A stretch of DNA of 63,442 bases, counting the filler, from Rhabdomonas costata (lineage: Eukaryota): the NCBI GenBank assembly GCA_019059605.1. It is 36 parts of 36 records of this genome, joined end to end, with 100 filler letters (N's around TTAATTAATTAA, not from the genome) between each part and the next. Parts side by side here need not be neighbours in the genome. Positions count along the whole stretch, not along the records: positions 12,365 to 14,030 come from JAHMHO010011025.1; positions 14,131 to 15,796 come from JAHMHO010011026.1; positions 15,897 to 17,562 come from JAHMHO010011027.1; positions 17,663 to 19,323 come from JAHMHO010011028.1; positions 19,424 to 21,089 come from JAHMHO010011029.1; positions 21,190 to 22,855 come from JAHMHO010011030.1; positions 22,956 to 24,621 come from JAHMHO010011031.1; positions 24,722 to 26,386 come from JAHMHO010011032.1; 28 more parts are not named here. One strand, written 5' to 3'. Made by a program: the position numbers and the translations under genes. The notes under the pieces were generated by a model, which searched no databases, was not told where the DNA came from, and saw nothing but the letters and a program-made list of their open reading frames with translations. Positions 13,878 through 26,494 of the stretch are shown here, in pieces; position 1 is the first letter of the stretch; each line of letters opens with the position of its first letter.

Positions 13878-15077
13878 CTGAACTCCAAGGCAACGCTCAA
13901 GCCTTCATCCCAACCCTACCAACACCACTCAGAGTACTCTGAGTACTACACCTGACCTGGACGAATGTTTCCTTCAAATGAAACTGAAACGCAAGCTATC
14001 ATTGCAGCCCTAGCCAGCGCACACCACAACNNNNNNNNNNNNNNNNNNNNNNNNNNNNNNNNNNNNNNNNNNNNTTAATTAATTAANNNNNNNNNNNNNN
14101 NNNNNNNNNNNNNNNNNNNNNNNNNNNNNNTTGTGGTGAGCAGGCTGTGCAGGAAGGGCAGGTAGGAGCTCGGGGTGGGTGAAAAGGCGCCGGTGCGGAA
14201 GTTGTCCTTCACAAGGTGTACCGAGGACTGCGCCCTGCGAGGAAGGGTCCGGGGTCAGGTCCAAGGGGTGGGTGCCCAAACACAGTGACCCGAAAAGTTC
14301 TTGCACCGACGGGGCTGGTAATGGGCAATACTGACGATGAACACGATGACTGACCAAACGACAGGATGAAAACAGAGCTTCCCAGATAAGCCATTCGTCT
14401 CCTCGCAGGGCGATGACGATGATCCATTGCCCACAGCAGTTATTCGCGGGATAAGCCAAAGCGCGCAGCGTCTTTTGTTGGGTGGTGAGTGGTGGGATGA
14501 AAAACAGAAGCTATTCGAAAGGCACGCAGGTGGAGACGAGAAATGATGAAGACATGGTGCGAAGAAAACAAAGCGAAACGAAGAGTTCAGAATAGGTCGT
14601 TCCCCACCCACCCACTCCACTCCACCGCAAAAAATGCGCGCAATCCGATGATAAAGTCTTGAAAAAAGCAAAGAGTCGCCTCCCCCCCCTTTCTGATTTA
14701 GAAATGCTTGTGCAGACGAACTACCGGGACGAGCATTCTCCGGTGTGACAGGCTTTCACTTGGACGACGCTTGAAGTTCGCCAAAATCAAAATCTCCACA
14801 ACCACTGACCGAAGCCGTCGAGAAGCAACGCGTGTAAAAAGCCCAGAGCCCAGAGCAAGCCCCCCTGGTATTATCTACCTTGAATGAGATGAAAATGGGT
14901 TCGTTGCCCGAGGCGGGAGGGCATGGGAACTGGATGCGGTTGGGCTGGAAAAAACACAGGTCAAGAGTCATCGGCAGGGTGGCCACAAGTGGGCACACAG
15001 GGGGTGGTGGTGGTGGTGGTGGGGAAACGCTGTAAAACCACCACATTGAGAGAGCCACCCGCGATAAGAAGGCTAAC

Positions 15078-15723
15078 CATATCCATGAATATCCATGATG
15101 CGGTACAACTGTGCGCTGCACCTGCTGAGATAGCCCTGGATATCGTCGGACAGCAGCGGCACAAACTCAGCCTGCGGGCGAAGGGAACGCTTCAGGTATC
15201 TCCCCGGCCCGTGCAAAGATGCTAATGAGGAAGCATTTATAAGAGACGCCCACGGGGAGAGCATGCTCGCATGAATGTTAAATCACACATTCAAGCACAG
15301 ACCCCGCGCTTCAACAAAATCAACGACGCAATCACGACAAATCAATAGAGGTATCATTGCAAAGATATGTGTGTGTGTTAACGGCGGTGTCGCCCTTCAA
15401 ACCACCTGCGTGTCAGCCAAATGACCCATTGCCGACCCCTCTTGGGCATATGGCGACTGAGACACACACACACACAGAGAAGTTCGTGGTCATGCCTGGA
15501 AGTTCAGGAATAGCTCTCGCACGGTGTCCAGGCTCTGGGTGTAGGTCAGGTACCACGCCAGAAAGGTCGCCGCGAAGATCACTACTACATAGAACACCGC
15601 CAGAAGCACCCGTAGGGAGAGCAGGAAACGGGCCACCCCACCGCGGCGAGTGGAGGGAAGGATGTTTCGCGCCATCGCCTCAATGGTGGGGCTGACTGTG
15701 ACAGACCGCCTTGAGCGGTTGCA
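15078..15723 (-). CDS. Membrane sensor protein N-terminus (TM helix plus extracellular helix; receptor cyclase/kinase-like); exons 15723-15496, 15171-15078
   Basis: LLSLRVLLAVFYVVVIFAATFLAWYLTY is a TM segment, followed by TVRELFLNFQ|AEFVPLLSDDIQGYL. The join requires a GC-AG intron. Similar to 28441-28700. Confidence 0.55.
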
Positions 15724-16144
15724 CTGTGGGTGGGCGAACACGCACACACACACACAAACGCAAACACAAAATACACACCCACTCCACACCCCAACCNNNN
15801 NNNNNNNNNNNNNNNNNNNNNNNNNNNNNNNNNNNNNNNNTTAATTAATTAANNNNNNNNNNNNNNNNNNNNNNNNNNNNNNNNNNNNNNNNNNNNTGTG
15901 TGGTGGTTGGCTATCACCCAGACTTGGCTCAAAATGATAGACCAGGTTGTCGGTCGGTTATGGCGGTGCACTTCTGTTACTTGTGCCTGCCACAGTTGCA
16001 ACTGCAACGAGCTGCGCGACAGCGGGGCAAAATATTTTCATCTTGTTACCGGCGCTCACTCATAGCTATGCCTGTGCATATGGGGACTTGCTGCAGGGGC
16101 TTGGTGCGTTTGAATGCGTCTGAATGCGTGCTGCTCGCCCACAG

Positions 16145-16982
16145 ATATCTTTGCGGTTCCCGGAAGCACGCTAAGCAAGAAAGGGGTGCCCATCCTCGGC
16201 CGCCTGGTGGAGCCCCGCGCGACCACCGTTACCCCTGGGCCGGGGTCGTACTACCCGGGGTGGCCTCAGTGGCACTCTGCTGCGCCCGCGATCAGACCTC
16301 CAAGCGCCCGCAAAGCATCGGTGTCCATGCCATCTCACTCTGTGCTTTTTTTCGCCCAGAAATAAATATCCCCTCATTGATGCATCATTGCGGAAAATAC
16401 GAGCAACAATGATAAGCCTGCTGCTTCATCAAATCGATGTTTCATTTGGGGATTTTTCACCAACCCGGAAGGCAGGACAAATCTTGGCACCACACACCAG
16501 TGGCACAGGGCGCCCAGCGTCTCACCGAGTGGTGGGGCGGGCAGGCGGCAGGCGGAGGCAGGGGGGCTGTAGCAGTACCAGCAAAGCATCTATGTGAAGA
16601 GCATGTGCCTGGAGTTGTCTTAAGGTTAGATTTGGAGTACCGCTTACTTTTGAATGTGATTGAGTGCTAAGTGCTGATGAAGCACAGAGAGTATACGTTC
16701 ATGCGCGTATTTGTTCAAATTTTCGGGTGTGAACTTCTCATTTTTGAGTAAACCGTGTCACATATCAATATAATATTTGATCACATTTGGGCTGCGGTGG
16801 TTAACGGACCACTTTGCACTATTGCGTATGAACGAAAGAAGCCATCCACTTTCGTTCTCCTCTGCCGGTGCCGCAGGCCAGTGCATCCTCCACGCCTCGG
16901 GGCGTGGAGATCAGCGCTGTGACCCCTGGGCCAGGGGCTTACGACCCCAAGCCTGTCTCCCGTGCCGCGGGCACGTCGTTTG
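16145..16982 (+). CDS. PGP-motif (SHIPPO/ODF3-like) axonemal repeat protein; exons 16145-16320, 16877-16982
   Basis: Two repeats, TPGPGSY and TPGPGAYDP...SFG, joined by a phase-0 GT-AG intron. Confidence 0.7.
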
Positions 16983-19578
16983 GTTTGAGCCCTACAAACT
17001 CTCGACACACTCGCACTCATATCAGCTGATGCCACACCTTAGTCCCTTCTCACTTACACTTTCAGTTTTTGAATAATAGTCCGTGCTGAAATATAAACTT
17101 CTCTGAACCCTTGCCCGAATAGTTTCTCAGCAGTTCGTTTGAAAAGTCGAAGAAAACTATTGGGCCTGGCTACTAAGTAACGGTTTCACGTGCAAAACCT
17201 AAATTTTTCATGAGAAATTCAAGACCGCTGTGCGTTGTGTATTCTCCGGAAACCTCAGGTGATTTAATTTAATTCCATGAATAATATGGAACTAACGCGA
17301 TCACCGCAAGACCAGAAGGAGAAATTTAGTCAGAATGCATGCAGTTCCAAGAGCGGTGCCAGCTGAAAAGGAAACGGAATATTTTCGGTTGCGCCTTGAA
17401 CTCAGACTACGCCATCCTGTGTCTTTTGCGTACCCATTGCAAAAACTACTCTTGTGCCCAGCGAAGGCCCAATTAGCCCTACACCATTAAGACGAAAACA
17501 ATCGCGCCTAAGGGCGGGAAAGATATTGATGAGATTCTTCTTTGTGCAGCTGCGCAAACAAANNNNNNNNNNNNNNNNNNNNNNNNNNNNNNNNNNNNNN
17601 NNNNNNTTAATTAATTAANNNNNNNNNNNNNNNNNNNNNNNNNNNNNNNNNNNNNNNNNNNNGGGGGTTCCCACCGTTCCCACAGAAAGCTCAGGGCCTC
17701 GTACAGCAGGATGCCACAGCTGGCAGAGCGCTGCCGCCGTCCCTGTCCCGCCTCTTCTCCCAATGCCGCGGCAGGTTCACCACAGAGATGACCCCCGCGC
17801 CGCAGCGCAGCGCCGTGCAGGCCCAGGCACTGCTGCACGCACCGCACGGCCTCCTTCCGAACCCCCGCGGAAGGATCCCTCCCTATGGGGGTCAGGGAGT
17901 GAGGGCGAGGAAAGCAAAGAATCCGTTTTAAGCCCTTCTGAGATTTAGTGCCCGTCTTCCTTTTATCCACGGACTCTCCCCCCCCCCCCCTTTTTTTTTG
18001 GGGGGGGGGGAAGCAAAAGGGAACGGTCAGCAGACGTTTTTTTCAAACGAATTGCGTCACAACAGTTCGGGTTGCACAGACACAATGGTCTAAAACAAAA
18101 GAGGAAATAGTGCCACTCCACTCCTTATCAATTACAGAATATATCCTGAGTGGGTCGAGGGACAAACCAAAAAGAAGAAGGGCTGGCCCAAGCTCCTCCA
18201 GAAAGAACGAGGGCCCCTCCTCGCCGAGCACCGCAGATTTCTCTGAAGCACAAAGAGAGAGATGGAGGCAGGCGGGGTGTAACGAAAGGTTCTCACAGTC
18301 TGTGTTTACTCCAATTCGATCAGGTCTTCCCTTTAATTTCAAGACCACCTTTAGCTGCGATACGTGACACCACAAAAAGAGCAACCAATGGGTATGAGTG
18401 AGTGTTATCTGCCATCCTTAGCTTTTCCACTATATATGATAGGACAGCCACAATCCATGTGAAGCAGTTTCGAGACATTTGGACGGGAACTTCAAGGGGG
18501 GAAAGTTCAAAGCTGAAATGACTCATCAGCAATGAAGGGATGGGACGAAAAAAATGGCGGCCCACCTAAGAGGTACTGAGCCCAAGGCAGCAAGATCGCT
18601 GGCAAGCTCTCAAGCGCGGGCGAGCTCTCCGCCGCGGCTGCCCGAAGTAGGTCGCGCACGGCCTTCACCCCACTTCGGGCCAGCCACGGCGGCGGCAGCC
18701 TCACCCTTTTGACAGAGCAGGAAATGCGAGAGATCCATAAGAAACTCACGGCACCGCAAAAGGGACATAAACCGCCTTGTACATGATGGTGTTGTCGTGG
18801 GCAAGTTCATATCTACTCGAGGAAGTCTCCTTGTGCTTGTTGTGTTGATTAAAACATCATGATGATGAGGCAGTGCAACCACCACAATCTTCAAATCCCC
18901 TGCCCGATTTTTTCGGCCCACCAAAGGAACCAGGAAGATCCTGAGGGAAATTCGGAAAAACAGAAACAAGTGGGTGCAGCCCACAGACACTAGGATCGCC
19001 TGTACACCTTTCAAGTAGTGAAGAAATGGAGACCAGTGATGCGATGTCGAGAGCCTCCCGTTTAGATCATCCCACCTTTCGGAGAGCCCCACCTCTCCAT
19101 CCCGTGCTCCGGCCCAGCATGCCAGCTGTGTACATGTGATGTGCAGTGGTTCTGCTTTACCAACACGCCTGAAAGAGAACCCTTCAAACTGACTTTCTTG
19201 GAGAATATGTGGGTAACGGGTAAAACCTCATGAAGTGGTGCTGCAACTGGCGCACAAAGAACCCCAGGAAGACCGGAGAGAAGCGCGCCGCGCCAACCCA
19301 CTTTCGGCTGTGCACCAAAACAANNNNNNNNNNNNNNNNNNNNNNNNNNNNNNNNNNNNNNNNNNNNTTAATTAATTAANNNNNNNNNNNNNNNNNNNNN
19401 NNNNNNNNNNNNNNNNNNNNNNNTGTGTTAGGTGAGTTGGTTGCAGCAGCAAAGCGGGAGATTGTATGAACGACTTTGGTTTACAGGTGCGTATGCCCCG
19501 GTGCCATTAAAAGCCCGTATTGCATTCCTGATGGGGATTGCATTCTTTACATCTGTACACATCCCCCACCGCTCGCAC

Positions 19579-19858
19579 CTGTTCGCTGGGCACCGGGGTT
19601 CTGCAGGGGTGCATTTCGGAGAAGTGGGGGCACAGCAGCTTGGTATTGCCCTCGGTGACGTGGGCGACGAGGTATTGCACCAAGCAGTCGTGGCAGAAGA
19701 GGTGTCCGCACCCCGACAGTACCACCGCGGCCTCCACTTGCTCCGTGCTCAGACAGATCTGGCAGTGGAACGTCGGCGGTGCGGCCACGGGCTCAGTTCC
19801 CACGGAGTCCAGGAAAGGCACCTTGAGCGCAACCCCTTCTTCACCGTCACCCACAGTC
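19579..19858 (-). CDS. RBR-type E3 ubiquitin ligase, RING1 exon
   Basis: FHCQICL...CGHLFCHDCLVQYLVAHVTEG..LLCP...C, flanked by CAG| and |GTGCGA. Confidence 0.8.
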
Positions 19859-21779
19859 CTGCCCAGGCCACGCAAGCACAAGAAAAAGGAAAATGTTCAG
19901 CCAGAGGGAGTTTTTTCTGAAGCAGAGCTTTTTGGTGAGTTCAGCGGTCTCTCGTCATCTACATCTCCATGTAGTGGCGGTAAGTTCCGGGTGCGATCCA
20001 TTCCCGGTAAGCTAAGGTGAGCTTCATTCAACCCCCCCCCCTTCCCCAAAAAAGACATGACGTATGCAGCGGTCCCCCGGGGTGAGAGCGAGGTTGTGTA
20101 TGGCAGCGAAAAGAAAACCCGGCTGCGTGACTTTCAAGGCTTGGTAGATAAAAAGTCATGATGAACCACAGCAGGAACAGCAGAAAGGCAGCTAGCTTGC
20201 AGCTGAAAGGATCGACTTAAGTTTCTGTTCAGTTTGTTGTTATCCTCTCGATTCCTCCTCCACGACCCACAAACTTCCGGGACCGGAATGAGGGAAAAAA
20301 AGAGGAATAACGAGCAACTCACCGGTCTTTCATCGAACATAACGGTGCGGTGCAGCGGGGACCTTCAGGGGTATTAGGTCCGCCACCAAGAACTTTCCGG
20401 ATTCATTACTTGTACATGTCCCCAGACAACAGCATTTTATAAAGGCTAAAAAGACTTCGAATGGAAGACTGTCACATACCATTTTCTAAGTTTCCGGGTG
20501 TAACCTTACCTTATAATGACTGGACCCAGGGTTCTGAACAGCTTAGAAAAAGCCATCAACAGCACTCAGCAGGTGTTCCTGATGAGCTGGTGGGTTCCTT
20601 TCCGATCCACAACGCGCTTCGGACAGTGTATTTCATGCTTCTTCAGGCAAAGCAAATCCAAGATGACTCACCTATGCCAGCAGTGACCACAAGGTAACCA
20701 TCAAAGAGCGGGTGCTACTGGCAGAAGAAATCCACGTAAAGGAATCAAAAATACAACGCAAAACCAAAAGCGGAAATGAAATTATCCACAGCACTTGAAA
20801 CGACCACAGCATCAACGCAGGCGGGAAGGAAAACAACAGGAAGAAGAAAGAGGCAGGAAAAGTTCCTCTGGACGTGTGTCAGCGTGAGCGTGATGAGAAT
20901 GTGGGAATGTATGGTGCGTGTGTACAATGATGTCTACAGGCAAACACTGATAAATACTGCGGCGCCAGGAACTGTGTGGTATCTCTCTTCTCTCACGCAG
21001 CGGCTCTACCATTCAATCACTTGTGTAGTGCTGGTTGTATAGTCTCCATTGTTCAGCAACGGGGACAAACGCAAGCATCCCAAAACACANNNNNNNNNNN
21101 NNNNNNNNNNNNNNNNNNNNNNNNNNNNNNNNNTTAATTAATTAANNNNNNNNNNNNNNNNNNNNNNNNNNNNNNNNNNNNNNNNNNNNTTGTTTTGGTA
21201 ATTTTTGAATCGCCTATTTCGGTTAATTAGCGCAATTGACGTTCGGTATGTGAGGTAACTATTTCCAGTGGTAACTGGAAAACGGTTTTGTTAGCAAGGG
21301 GCGGAGACGAGCCCACGACGTGGCCGGAAAGGCGGCCGAGGCAGGATCGTGGTCAGAGGTCCTTAGGGTTAGGGTGCTTTTGGTTCTCCAGTAAAAGTAT
21401 TACCACATCACAACCCCCCCCCCAAAAAAAAACAACAACAACCAAGAACACCAAAATAAAAATCCTTCACTTATGGCCCTGCCAGACCACAGCATGTTCA
21501 AAGCGGATGCGAATGTCATGCTGTATAACAGTAACCTTCTTCTTCGCCCTTAATGCGGGTATGCCAATGACATGCGTATATCTGTATCTGGACCAAGGGT
21601 CGCACATCCTAGCCCATCTTTGACTAGAAGCTCATCAGAACGTTCTGATGAACCTCCTTGTTCCCCAGTCATGAAAACAAGCCCCGGACTCCTGTGCTCA
21701 TCATCGCGGGCCACCTTACGCGCTGAAATCCTTATCAAAGAATATCAGTGTCACTGAGGCGCAAAGTTCTCCTGAGTCT

Positions 21780-22771
21780 TCAATCGTCGATCACGATTGC
21801 GTCGTGGGCCCTCTTCCGCGACGACACTCTCCAGGTTCCGTCCGGAAAAACCTCCACCATCCCTTCCCTCGAGGGACCGTTCTGAGTAAGCGGGGAGGAC
21901 AGCACCTCGGCCAGTAAGGGACTGTGCCGAAGCTCCGCCGTGGGGATCTGACGCTCACAGACAGGGCATAGCCACCCACCCAGGCCCAGCCGCTGGCTGG
22001 GGTGGTGAAGGAAGGCTACCAGGTCGAAGCATTGCACATGCTCGCAGCTGGCCCCACGCCCGGGAACCTGTCCGGACCACACACACAGAGAGAAAGAGAC
22101 GCAAATTCAGCTGTTGGCATACTGGGGCGCCACCGCTGCACCAGCAAAGAAAATTCTCTCTTTTGCCGCCCCGGCCCGCCCCCCCCCCTTGCGATTGTTG
22201 CAGGTCGGGGAGGCCGGCAAAAGGAATTCACGTAATATTGTCCCAGGCATTGACCATCAACCGCCAAAACACCACCCCCTTACGACGTGGGTCCTTCTGG
22301 TGCTGTTGGCAATGGGTACGCGATGGTGTGTTACTTGAAAATCATCATCATAGGGCACAATCGGGCCAAATCGTCATGATGCCCAACCCGCTACCCCTTC
22401 ACCTCAGCTCTGGAATGAACGGTGCAAAATGCAAAGCCCCACCTCTCAACGCAAACTTCGCAGCAGTGTAGCGTCTGGGGGGGGGGGGGCACGCACATTC
22501 GTGCACAAGGATGCACCTTAAGGCGCTGCCCAGTAATGGGGCACCTCAGGGAGCAGCTCAGCTGCGTGACCCGAGTGCCCATTGCATGGTAGCCCCGCAG
22601 GACCTCCCGCAGCTCCTCCTGCGGAGACCCTGGGCTGACACTTCGCACCCACTCCACCAGCCGCTCCCCACGGCGGTCGTTGGGAGTGGACCAGTCCCAC
22701 CGCACCAGAAGGTCCTGCACCAGCGCCCGCACGGCAGGGCCGCGCCGGTGGGCGTCCAGGCTGGTCCGTAG
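21780..22771 (-). CDS. MIZ/SP-RING (PIAS/SIZ-like) SUMO E3 ligase C-terminus; exons 22771-22517, 22067-21780
   Basis: SLRCPITGQRLK|VPGRGASCEHVQCFD...WLCPVC...VEVFPDGTW, ending in a SIM-like IVIDD*. Confidence 0.9.
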
Positions 22772-24078
22772 CTGAGCACAACATCAGAACAAGGAAATGC
22801 CGTGAGCACGGGTTCCACTTCCAGAGAACCTGCCCCGGACTCAAACAAAAAAAAANNNNNNNNNNNNNNNNNNNNNNNNNNNNNNNNNNNNNNNNNNNNT
22901 TAATTAATTAANNNNNNNNNNNNNNNNNNNNNNNNNNNNNNNNNNNNNNNNNNNNTGTGTTGGGGCATGCAGCTCCAGGACCTCCCGGAGGGGGTTCAAA
23001 ACCGAATCCAAGAGGTCTTTGCTGCTTTAGGAGTGAGTGGCCTGACCTCACCGTCACCCTCTGTTCCAGAACTCATTCCTGTCTTGAGAAGCTCACGACC
23101 CTTGGAAGGTGTGGTGTGTCGACATCTCCATGAACTTGAACGCTGGCTTGAGCGTGGTTCAGGGGAACCCAGAACTGTCTCAGCACGCCTTGAGGAGGAC
23201 CTTCCGTCGTCTTTTGCGAATGCTTGTGGTGGATGGCTGGGCTTGGTGTAGAATAGGCCCGCGGTGGTTGCCTTGAATACCTGTAAATATGGACGTACAG
23301 TCTTGATGATGGTGTGTTGTTGTATACTGTCGTGCTCGGGAGTTCTATGAATTGATGATATCCTCCCCTGTGGGCGTCTTACAAATCCAGCCTGGAAAGG
23401 GGAACGTACAGAGTGCGTTTAATTCTTTTCGTGCCATTCCAAAACAAAACCGAATGTATTCATCAGTGAAATCATCATACCCAAAAAAGCAAAATCGCGG
23501 AGCGGCCAGTTTGGTCGTCGGAGAGTTGATACGAAACCAAACGTGTTGCAGTGCTGCCGATGAATCAGTGATGCTTATTTTGTCGGACTAGACAGATGAT
23601 TTCTCCTTTGGATTTAAAATTGGAACGGACAAAAGTCATCTACACTACCATCATCTTGTTTGTCTTTGAACAGAGTGGATTAGAGTGCAGCGGTTCCCTT
23701 GTATTCACAATGACAATGTGTATTGGTTGACCTTAGCCAGGTCTCTCCCTGTCACCCCCCTCCCCTCACGCACCCCTCAGGCACACGTTGCTTGTCGCTC
23801 GGAAGATGGAACCCAGCACGATGCCGGTTGCTTCGGTGAGTAGGGGGGAGGGCTGTGAGGCGGACATATTCCCTCCCGTGGACAGCCCCTCTTGTCCTTG
23901 CACCGCGATAATATTCGTCCATGGAGTATGCACCATTGTTACGAACAATGATATGAGGCTGTGGGGATATGGGACTCGTATCCCTTTTTCACTCTCTCTT
24001 TTCAGGAGTGATACTGGTACATTCATTTTTATATGCCTTTTACTCACTGTACGTCATTCCTCAGCTCCAGTTCATCAG

Positions 24079-24621
24079 GCCTTCCCGGTCCAGTTCATGC
24101 CTTGCTCCACCGAGCACACACAGTGGTCCAGAACATCACGTTGTACCAGAAACTGGTGCTGCATGACAAAACCCCGAAGACGAGTAAGTCTTTCAGTGAT
24201 CTGAGGGCGATCTTTCGGACACTGCGTACGCTTGCACAGCAGTTCACGGCCCTGCATTCGAAAATGATGTCCATTGAGCTGGTGACCCCCACATTTGACC
24301 ACTCTTGCGGCATCCGATTACAATACTCCGCATGCACCTCTCTTCTTTCTCAAAGCCTAGAAGAGATAGAGAGGTGTCAGGGGCTTGCGGTCCGGGCCTC
24401 GACACCCTTCTTCCACCTTCCAAATAACAACGATCTTATCATTCGCGCCCACATCTCGAATTTGGAGCAAGCGCTGTCCTCAGCCCAGCTTTCGCTCAGC
24501 ACATTGGAGAAGAAGTCAACCGATTTGTTTTCTTTGTTCTCCTCTATGCCGTTCTTGTCTCCCAGTTCGCCAACTCGTCGCTACTCTGAGTTCCAACCGT
24601 CACTGTTCTCCCTGACACAAC
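24079..24621 (+). CDS. Hypothetical helical protein, long exon, truncated
   Basis: About 180 stop-free codons after a CAG acceptor, with amphipathic-helix composition. No family recognised. Confidence 0.4.
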
Positions 24622-25841
24622 NNNNNNNNNNNNNNNNNNNNNNNNNNNNNNNNNNNNNNNNNNNNTTAATTAATTAANNNNNNNNNNNNNNNNNNNNNNN
24701 NNNNNNNNNNNNNNNNNNNNNTTGTGGTGGTGTTTTTTCCGATTCCACGGATTTGGCAAGATGTGTCAGCGTTTGCTCCCTCCCCCTCGATCAAGTCAAG
24801 TATACAGCCCCTGGTATACGGGACGCTGGACACGTCCAAAACCAGCTAGGAGCACAACATCGCCTCGGATTTTGGAGCTGCTGCGCTACGTGTCCCAAGA
24901 AATCATGGAAATCCTCAAGGCTACCACATGCCATCGAATCCCCGGGGATACGTGCATTGCCACCTGTCCCCCTGCCGATCATCTTCTTGAAATCTCTATT
25001 TGAACTGGTGAGAACACTTCTGTTCCGGACTGTATACTTGACATGATGCTTTTTCTTGCTTTATAGCTGACTTGAATGGGAGCCGCACAATTGACCAGCG
25101 ATAGCACTGATTACTGACTTCTCCCGCACGCCCGCTTGTACGCCCATCCTCAGGACCCCCCGCTGCGGCAGTTCATCCAGAGCTGCGCCTTTAGCTTCTT
25201 TCAAACGGCCTCTTCGCGGAGCTTGCTGAGGGCAGGATCGTCCCCCACCACCTCCTTTCTGTCGGAGCCCACCGCCGTGACGTCCGCTGATGCCTCCTTG
25301 GCCATTGGCCAGGCTCTGCCGGTGGTCTCCATTCAGCAGCCCTCACTGAGTGGCGGTGAGTTGGCGCGGCTCCTGTGAGAGTGCTTCGTCATCACGCATT
25401 ATCACCGACGGCTTCCTCGTAACGCCTTGACGCTTCTTGCAGGCACAGCCACCGTTCCGGAACGATCTGTGGCTGACCTGTAGAAGAATTGTACGAGTAG
25501 TTTGGATGGATGTGTAACCCTCCTTGCTTCCGCTTTTGGTGGAAAGGATGAAATCCGTGAGGCCGCCTGTTACTGCATTTTCTAGTATGACTGCGCACAC
25601 GCACATGCGAAAGGTCCGAAAAACTGTGATGGTGAAGCCTTCGTTTGGTTGGGTGGGGAAGAAAGGCTTTGGCGTGTCTTCGATTGGGTTCATTTTCGAG
25701 GACCACTCCATCTCTCCCGTTGCCAGCACGCGATACCGACGGCCCTCCTATCTGGCGCTGTTAGGTACCTCCTGCTCAGCGTTTCTAATTCGCGTGTTGT
25801 GAAGCTCTTCCTTTTCTGTAAATGCTTTTACGGAAACTTTT

Positions 25842-26386
25842 ATGGAAACCCTATGCGACGACGTTCTCGTGCAGATATTCAGCTTCTACCATGGGCACCC
25901 CCTTTGCCTAGTCAGTCAGAGATGGAGCCTTCTCGCCCACCTGCGCCATGTCAACCTCGATCAGAAGGTTCCCGAGGAGGCAGCAAATGTGGTCCGCCTC
26001 ATTGCCTTGTCTGGCCTCGAAGGCGCCCTCACCACAGCCTTGTCTGTGAACCTGTCGTCCCTGCTCAGGCCTGACGTGGTGAGTCTTCGATTGGGGGAGT
26101 TCACCTCGATGGAGTTTGGACTGAAGCAGGTTTCCGAAGCCCTTGCGGAGTTGCCCAGGCTCAGCAACCTGCGCTGCCTTCACCTCACCTCGAGATTCTA
26201 CGACTGCCACGATGTCATCGGAAATGACCCCAGTGGCCTTCTTGCGGTCAAGGCGCGGGACTTAGGCAGGCTCAGGGAGCTTCCGTACCTCACCGAGCTT
26301 CACCTGCAGCTCAGGTTCCGTCCCTGTGCGCTGGAGTCTGACCACCTGCTCTGCTCTGCGGAGAACGCCGAGGCGACACCCCCCAC
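25842..26386 (+). CDS. F-box/LRR protein, N-terminal part
   Basis: METLCDDVLVQIFSFY...LCLVSQRW is an F-box motif, followed by LRR-like LSNLRCLHL and LPYLTELHL. Confidence 0.8.
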
Positions 26387-26494
26387 NNNNNNNNNNNNNN
26401 NNNNNNNNNNNNNNNNNNNNNNNNNNNNNNTTAATTAATTAANNNNNNNNNNNNNNNNNNNNNNNNNNNNNNNNNNNNNNNNNNNNGTGGGGGG

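Noticed and set aside
13927-13944. Perfect 18-bp palindrome actcagagtactctgagt
   Set aside because: About 0.2 such palindromes are expected by chance in 63 kb, and there is no supporting context.
21363-21374. TTAGGGTTAGGG telomere-like dimer
   Set aside because: Only two units, internal to the contig.
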